This document shows, in pieces, positions 32,679 to 38,022 of a stretch of 38,022 nt of DNA. The DNA is from a virus. Its lineage: Duplodnaviria > Caudoviricetes. Within the stretch, counting starts at the first letter, position 1. Each line of letters opens with the position of its first letter. The stretch lies in the IMG/VR virus record IMGVR_UViG_3300032320_000871, positions 1-38,022 of that record; one strand, written 5' to 3'. The notes beneath the pieces were generated by a model. That model was given only the letters and a program-made list of their open reading frames with translations. It was not told the DNA's origin and searched no databases. Both the position numbers and the translations under genes were made by a program.

Positions 32679-33452
32679 ATGTTAGTAGATGATAACGAAG
32701 ATAGTATTGTAGGTGAACTCGACGTAGTTGAACAACTCACCGCACCGCCTAAGATTGAAGAAGATCACGTAGTTGAAGACACAATCCCTGAGAAATACAA
32801 GGGGAAGTCCTCACAAGAGATTATTCGGATGCACCAAGAGGCTGAAAAGCTCATTGGTAAACAGGCACAAGAAGTTGGCGAGGTTCGTAAACTTGCTGAT
32901 GAATTGTTGAAACAAAGTCTATCGAGTAAAACTGCTACACCTACTGAAGTAGAGCCTGAAATTGACTTCTTTGAAGATCCTCAGAAGGCAATTCGTAATT
33001 CTATTGACAAGCATCCAGATGTTCTCGCTGCACGACAAAGTGCCCAAGAATTTAAGAAGATGCAGATTCAACAGAAGCTAAGTCAAGAACATCCTGACTT
33101 CGGTGCTATTGTTCAAGATCCTGAGTTTGCGGAGTGGGTAAAACAATCTCCCGTTCGCACTCAGTTGTACGCTAAAGCCGATGCTGAGTTTGATTATGAC
33201 AGCGCAAATGAATTGTTGTCTACCTTTAAGCAACTTAAACAAGTTAAGACGCAGCAGGTAGCGACCAAAGGTAAAGAGACATTAAAGCAGAACTTAAAAG
33301 CTGCTACTGTCGATACCGGAGGTACTGGTGAATCATCGAAGAGAGTTTATCGTCGGGCCGACCTTATTCGGCTGCGAATGAGTGATCCGGATCGTTACGA
33401 AGCGTTAGAGCCTGAAATCATGCAAGCCTACGCTGACGGGCGAGTTCGGTAA
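32679..33452 (+). CDS. Scaffolding protein (putative)
   Basis: Acidic N-terminus, IPEKYKGKS, coiled coil, C-terminal AYADGRVR; directly before the MCP. Confidence 0.8.
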   Translation: MLVDDNEDSIVGELDVVEQLTAPPKIEEDHVVEDTIPEKYKGKSSQEIIRMHQEAEKLIGKQAQEVGEVRKLADELLKQSLSSKTATPTEVEPEIDFFEDPQKAIRNSIDKHPDVLAARQSAQEFKKMQIQQKLSQEHPDFGAIVQDPEFAEWVKQSPVRTQLYAKADAEFDYDSANELLSTFKQLKQVKTQQVATKGKETLKQNLKAATVDTGGTGESSKRVYRRADLIRLRMSDPDRYEALEPEIMQAYADGRVR

Positions 33453-33492
33453 TTTAATTTAATTTGTATATCTTTATTTAGGAGTATTTAAA

Positions 33493-34425
33493 ATGGGTCT
33501 CGGATCTAATCACGTAACCGTAACAACCGCAGCAACGTTCATTCCAGAAATCTGGTCTGATGAAATTGTAGCTGCTTATAAGAAAAACTTGGTTGCTGCT
33601 AACCTCGTTAAGAAAATGAGCTTCAAAGGCAAGAAAGGTGACAAAGTTCACATTCCTAGCCCCACTCGTGGCTCTGCTTCTGTCAAGTCTGCATCAACTC
33701 AAGTGACTTTGATCGCCGCCACTGAAACTGAAGTGGCTGTGGACATTAACAAGCACTATGAATATAGCCGCATGATCGAAGACATCGTTGAAGCTCAGGC
33801 CCTGTCTAGCTTGCGTTCGTTCTACACTGATGATGCTGGTTACGCTCTGGCTCGTCAAGTTGACACTGACTTGATCCGTTTGGGTCGTTTGTCTCAAGGC
33901 GGTACAGGTGCTCGTTATTCTGGCGCTTTCATCGGCTCTGATGGCACTACTGCTTATAGCTACACTTCTGACAACCAAGCTGCTTTGACTGACGCTGCAA
34001 TTCGTCGTTCTATTCAGCGTTTGGATGACTCTGATGTGCCTATGGACGGTCGTTTCTTCATCGTTCCTCCAGCAAGCCGTAACACTTTGATGGGCTTGGC
34101 TCGTTTCACTGAACAAGCTTTCGTGGGCGAACAAGGCGGTGCTAACACCATCCGTAACGGTGAAATCGGTGACGTGTATGGCGTTAAAGTGTATGTGTCT
34201 ACTAACTGCGACACAGCTAACGATGCTGATGACGGTTCGGGTACAGCTCAAGCTGCTCGTATCGCTCTGATGGCACACAAAGACGCTTTCGTGTTGATTG
34301 AGCAAGTCGGTATCCGTTCACAGACTCAGTACAAACAAGAATACCTCGGTACTCTGTTCACTGCTGACACTCTGTACGGTGTTGCTGAGTTGCGCGACTA
34401 CTCTAGCGTTGCTTTGGCTGTCTAA
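33493..34425 (+). CDS. Major capsid protein
   Basis: FIPEIWS, GDKVHIP and DTLYGVAELR motifs; strongly biased codons; SD AGGAG; followed by a terminator. Confidence 0.92.
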   Translation: MGLGSNHVTVTTAATFIPEIWSDEIVAAYKKNLVAANLVKKMSFKGKKGDKVHIPSPTRGSASVKSASTQVTLIAATETEVAVDINKHYEYSRMIEDIVEAQALSSLRSFYTDDAGYALARQVDTDLIRLGRLSQGGTGARYSGAFIGSDGTTAYSYTSDNQAALTDAAIRRSIQRLDDSDVPMDGRFFIVPPASRNTLMGLARFTEQAFVGEQGGANTIRNGEIGDVYGVKVYVSTNCDTANDADDGSGTAQAARIALMAHKDAFVLIEQVGIRSQTQYKQEYLGTLFTADTLYGVAELRDYSSVALAV

Positions 34426-34436
34426 TTAAGACTCTA

Positions 34437-34470
34437 GGACTCCCTCTCACAAGGAGGGGGTCTTTTATGT
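34437..34470 (+). terminator. Intrinsic terminator after the MCP
   Basis: GACTCCCTC-loop-GAGGGGGTC-TTTTATGTTT. Confidence 0.8.
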
Positions 34471-34502
34471 TTATTAATATAAATTAACTGGAGTATATAT
34501 AA

Positions 34503-34826
34503 ATGGCTGCTGCTACCGCTGTTGTTGCCCGTCGAGGTAACGATCAATTCCGTGGTCTGTTTTCAGATACATGGTCTGTCACCTGTACTTTGGACGTAGA
34601 TTCATTGGTTGATGGTGCTGGAACTTCTGACACTATTACTGTCCCCGGCGTTGCTTTGGGTGACATGGTTCTAGGTATTTCTTTTGGTGTGTCTTTGGCT
34701 GGTTTGACTGTTACTGGCTATGTCAGTGCAGCTAATACTGTGACTTTGCGTATCCAAAACGAATCTACCGCTACTGTTGACTTGGCTTCGACTACCGTTG
34801 ATGTAATCGTTGCTCGTATGGTCTAA
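34503..34826 (+). CDS. Capsid decoration / minor virion protein (putative)
   Basis: 107 aa, beta-rich (TVPGVALGD, YVSAANTVTLR); right after the MCP; SD GGAG. Confidence 0.6.
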   Translation: MAAATAVVARRGNDQFRGLFSDTWSVTCTLDVDSLVDGAGTSDTITVPGVALGDMVLGISFGVSLAGLTVTGYVSAANTVTLRIQNESTATVDLASTTVDVIVARMV

Positions 34827-34903
34827 CATAATAGCTAGACTGAAGGGATTACTCTTTAAAAAGTGATCTCTTTGGTCTATCTACTAGGACGACAGAGAAC
34901 TAT

Positions 34904-35095
34904 ATGTCAGCTACATTTAAATACCTACTCACAGGCGCTACTGTGACCTTCACGCATCAGGTCGATATTGACTCCATGAAGGGTCATCCTGAGTATGAAC
35001 AAGTAGAGAATCCCACTACTTTACCTGTTCCTGATGAGACCCCTAAGAAGGCTGGTCGTCCAAAGAAGACTGAAGTTACAGCAGAGGTGCAGTGA
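34904..35095 (+). CDS. Hypothetical protein with AT-hook-like tail
   Basis: 63 aa; KKAGRPKK. Confidence 0.65.
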   Translation: MSATFKYLLTGATVTFTHQVDIDSMKGHPEYEQVENPTTLPVPDETPKKAGRPKKTEVTAEVQ

Positions 35096-35298
35096 TGGAT
35101 GAGGTTTCAGCTCGTGAGTTCGGTAAGCTAGAAGCACAGGTAGAGTCCCTCCAAGGTGAAGTATCTGATCTACGTAAAGACGTTAAGTGCCTTCTAGAGT
35201 TAGCCAACAAGTCTAAAGGTGGTTTCTGGATGGGCATGACCATTGCCTCTTTAGTTGGCGGTGCTATCACATTCTTCATGGATAGAGTATTTAAGTAA
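35092..35298 (+). CDS. Coiled-coil plus C-terminal TM protein
   Basis: EFGKLEAQVESLQ...LANKSKGGFW followed by a hydrophobic helix. Confidence 0.7.
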   Translation: MMDEVSAREFGKLEAQVESLQGEVSDLRKDVKCLLELANKSKGGFWMGMTIASLVGGAITFFMDRVFK

Positions 35299-35311
35299 TA
35301 AAGGACACAAG

Positions 35312-35515
35312 ATGGCTACTACAAGCAAGAAACAAACTAAGAAAATCGGTAAGGTTATGGGTGAGTACAAAGAAGGTACTCTTCATAGCGGTAAAGGTGG
35401 CCCTGTCGTTAAAGACAAGAAGCAAGCTATCGCCATTGCCTTGAGTGAAGCTAAGATGCCCATGCGTGGTCAGCGCACCATGAAGAACAAGATGAACAAA
35501 TCTAAGAAAGTTTAA
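35312..35515 (+). CDS. DUF6496-like small basic protein
   Basis: KIGKVMGEYKEGTLHSG...KQAIAIALSEA; ATG 35312 with SD AAGGA. Confidence 0.8.
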   Translation: MATTSKKQTKKIGKVMGEYKEGTLHSGKGGPVVKDKKQAIAIALSEAKMPMRGQRTMKNKMNKSKKV

Positions 35516-35529
35516 TAAGGTAAACAACA

Positions 35530-35847
35530 ATGTCTACATTTCAATTAGATCCTAACCAAGTAGCTTACGGTATTGCCTCAATGGGGACTACGCAAGTTGC
35601 TTCAGTTACTAACTCCAGCGTTCAAATGACTGCATTCGGAGCATCTACGACAATGATTCGTATTGCTTGCTCACTAGGCCATTGCCACTATCAAATCGGC
35701 ACAAACCCTACTGCTACCACTACAACATCTCCTATGATTCCTAATAACTCTTTTGAGATTGTTGCAGTCACACCGGGACAAAAGATAGCATTTATTAAAG
35801 ACGCTGGAGTTACATCCTCCACGGTTTCCGTTACAGAATTGGTATAA
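35530..35847 (+). CDS. Hypothetical virion protein
   Basis: 105 aa, beta-rich; SD AAGGT. Confidence 0.65.
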   Translation: MSTFQLDPNQVAYGIASMGTTQVASVTNSSVQMTAFGASTTMIRIACSLGHCHYQIGTNPTATTTTSPMIPNNSFEIVAVTPGQKIAFIKDAGVTSSTVSVTELV

Positions 35848-35852
35848 GCGTT

Positions 35853-36515
35853 ATGGCTTTGCCTACTTTCCTCTCCCTCGTGAATGACGTCTTAGTACGT
35901 CTTCGTGAGCCACAGGTGAACGCTGTAACAGACACTACTTTGAGTACACTCGTAGGTAAGTTTGTTAACGATGCTAAACGTGAGTGCGCTGATGCTTACG
36001 ATTGGGATGCCTTCAACACTTCTGTGACCATCACGACTACAGCTAGTCAATACACTGGTTATACCTTGACAGGCGCTGGTACACGTTTTCGTGTCACTAA
36101 CGTACTAGATATCACTGACTACGGTTCATTGTTGCCTAGTACTGTCGATATGATTGAACGTAGGGTTTACAGCACTGGATCACCTCAGAATGCGGATCCT
36201 AGTGAGTATGCCTTCAACGGTGTAGACAGTAACGGTGACGCTCAAGTAATGTTCTGGCCTATTCCAGTAGGCACTAATAGTATCCGTTTTAGCTTGGTTG
36301 TTCCAGAATCTGACATGACTTCAGATACAGCTACGACTAAGCTTCCTAAAGAGCCTATCGTCTTAGGTGCTCTCGCTAGAGCTTTGGTGGATCGTGGTGA
36401 AGACGGTGGATTGTCTAGCTCTGAGTGTTACGCCTTGGCTAAGAAAGCATTAGCTGATGTGATCGCCATTGAGCTGGCTCGTTCCCCTGAAAATGATGCT
36501 TGGATTCCAGCGTAA
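35853..36515 (+). CDS. Head-tail adaptor / tail tubular protein A-like
   Basis: TFLSLVNDVLVRLRE...FVNDAK...DW helical N-terminus; precedes the nozzle gene. Confidence 0.75.
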   Translation: MALPTFLSLVNDVLVRLREPQVNAVTDTTLSTLVGKFVNDAKRECADAYDWDAFNTSVTITTTASQYTGYTLTGAGTRFRVTNVLDITDYGSLLPSTVDMIERRVYSTGSPQNADPSEYAFNGVDSNGDAQVMFWPIPVGTNSIRFSLVVPESDMTSDTATTKLPKEPIVLGALARALVDRGEDGGLSSSECYALAKKALADVIAIELARSPENDAWIPA

Positions 36516-38022
36516 TGGCACAACAGATTCAAGCCTTCTCGATCACTGCTCCGGGCTTCTTCGGCCTGAATACGCAGGATAGCAGTCTAGATTTAGATAA
36601 GGGATGGGCCTTAGTAGCTAATAACTGTGTTATCGATCAGTATGGACGTATTGGTGCTCGTAAAGGCTACACGAAACAGCACAGCACCTTAGCTGCCTTA
36701 GGTACTGCTGACGTTAAAGTAATCACTGAGTTGATTGACGCAGCTGGTAATAGCTACACCTTGTGTGCAGGTAACAACAAGATATTTAAGTTAGTAGGTA
36801 CTACTCTTAGTGAAGTTACCTTTAACGGTGCAGGAACTGCTCCTACGATCACAGACAGTAACTGGTCTACAGCTTATCTAAATGGTAGATTGTATTTCTA
36901 TCAACGTGGCTTCCCACCTATAGGTTTCGATCCATCAGTATCTTCTACAACGTACTATCGTGTAGATCAAGAATCTGGCTATGACGGTACAGTTCAACTG
37001 GCTAACGTAGTCATCAGTGCTTACGGTAGAATCTGGAATGCTGACACTTCAACAGACAAAGTAACGATTCAGTGGTCAGACACTAAGAACCCTCAGAAGT
37101 TCGGTACAGGCACAGCAGGTACATTAGATACGACTACTGTGTGGCCTAAGGGCGGAGACACCATCGTTGCCTTAGCTGCTCATAACAACTTCCTGTACAT
37201 CTTCGGTAAACGTAACATCCTGATTTATCAAGGTGCTAATACACCAGCGACAATGACCCTTACTGATGTCGTAACTGGCATTGGCTGTATCGCTCGTGAC
37301 TCAGTGGCTAACACAGGTACAGATGTGGTCTTCTTGTCTGAAACAGGCTTACGTTCAATCTCTCGTACTATTCAAGAGAAGTCAGCTCCTTTGAATGACT
37401 TGTCTAAGAATGTACGTAACGACCTCATTACCGCTGTAGCTGGTGAAGTAGCCGCTGATATTAAGTCAGTTTACTCTCCTCGTGAGGGTTTCTACTTACT
37501 GTCTCTGCCCTTGACTAAGCAGGTATATTGCTTCGATGCTAAGGCAGCACTCCCTGATGGCAGCTTACGAGTCACTACATGGGACACTATGGAGCCTGAT
37601 AGCTTCTGTCAGCGTTCAGACGGTAGTTTGTTGCTAGGTCGTCCCGGATTTATTTGTAAGTACACAGGCTACTTCGATAATGATGATGTGACGTATCGGA
37701 TGCAGTACTACACTCAGCATACTGACTTAGGTACTCCTAACGTAACTTCTATCTTGAAGAAACTCAAAGTAGTTGTCATTGGTGGTACTGATCAAGTAGT
37801 TACTGTTAAGTGGGCCTACGATTTCACAGGTAACTTCTACTCTCAGAACGTAACTATCGTAGATCAAGCTGTGAGCTACTACGGCATTGCTGAATACGGT
37901 ATAGCTTACTATACTGATGGCGTAGCTCTACAGACTATCACTGTCTATCCTACAGGTAGCGGTAAAGTCATTCAGACAGGGTACGAGACTGAAGTAAAAG
38001 GTTACTTATTAAGTATCCAGAA
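36515..38022 (+). CDS. Tail nozzle / stabilisation protein (T7 gp12 / P22 gp10-like), about 514 aa; wraps to 160; not in ORF track
   Basis: MAQQIQAFSITAPGFFGLNTQD...GIGCIARDSV...FLSETGLRS; beta-propeller-like; frame joins TAA 158-160 across the repeat. Confidence 0.8.
   Translation, partial: MAQQIQAFSITAPGFFGLNTQDSSLDLDKGWALVANNCVIDQYGRIGARKGYTKQHSTLAALGTADVKVITELIDAAGNSYTLCAGNNKIFKLVGTTLSEVTFNGAGTAPTITDSNWSTAYLNGRLYFYQRGFPPIGFDPSVSSTTYYRVDQESGYDGTVQLANVVISAYGRIWNADTSTDKVTIQWSDTKNPQKFGTGTAGTLDTTTVWPKGGDTIVALAAHNNFLYIFGKRNILIYQGANTPATMTLTDVVTGIGCIARDSVANTGTDVVFLSETGLRSISRTIQEKSAPLNDLSKNVRNDLITAVAGEVAADIKSVYSPREGFYLLSLPLTKQVYCFDAKAALPDGSLRVTTWDTMEPDSFCQRSDGSLLLGRPGFICKYTGYFDNDDVTYRMQYYTQHTDLGTPNVTSILKKLKVVVIGGTDQVVTVKWAYDFTGNFYSQNVTIVDQAVSYYGIAEYGIAYYTDGVALQTITVYPTGSGKVIQTGYETEVKGYLLSIQ
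37900..38022. repeat. Terminal direct repeat (assembly circularisation overlap), right copy
   Basis: Identical to 1-123. Confidence 0.97.

Noticed and set aside
33694-34305. 203-aa antisense ORF and other shadow ORFs in the track (e.g. 8676-8972, 15032-15394, 17181-17633, 25307-25534)
   Set aside because: They overlap well-supported genes, lack SD and motifs, and are explained by codon bias
34400-34503. T7 10A/10B-style frameshift extension of the capsid protein
   Set aside because: No clear slippery site; a terminator follows the stop and the next gene has its own SD

Overview
A complete, circularly permuted ~37.9 kb podovirus-like dsDNA phage genome: bases 1-123 are repeated exactly at 37900-38022, and one tail gene runs across the join. 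It has two arms that diverge from a non-coding control region (~22640-23620) and converge on a bidirectional terminator (~8510-8540). The minus arm (22634->8542) carries a GP88-like protein and many tiny early ORFs, then a T7-like replisome (primase-helicase, Tyr762-type PolA, SSB, gp6-like exonuclease, endonuclease I), a metallophosphoesterase, a DUF3310 protein and a B12-dependent class II ribonucleotide reductase. The plus arm carries TerS/TerL, an HNH nuclease, portal, a fibre cluster, scaffold, major capsid, tail adaptor/nozzle, tail fibre, ejection proteins and lysis genes. I saw no RNA polymerase, integrase, tRNA, CRISPR array or reverse transcriptase. The most interesting signal is the control region: the early arm starts from a correctly spaced sigma54 (-24/-12) promoter, with an NtrC-type TGCAC-N7-GTGCA enhancer at about -131, five TGT-N12-ACA palindromes, a perfect DnaA box and a G-quadruplex-capable G tract nearby. 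This suggests a lytic phage whose first transcription step is gated by host metabolic regulators. Other highlights are a zinc-finger gene that seems to need an ATT start codon, three late sigma70 promoters that share an AGTACT box, G-U-rich RNA hairpins, and a mirror-periodic beta-hairpin-like insert in an ejection protein. All family calls come from motif recognition by eye, not from database searches.
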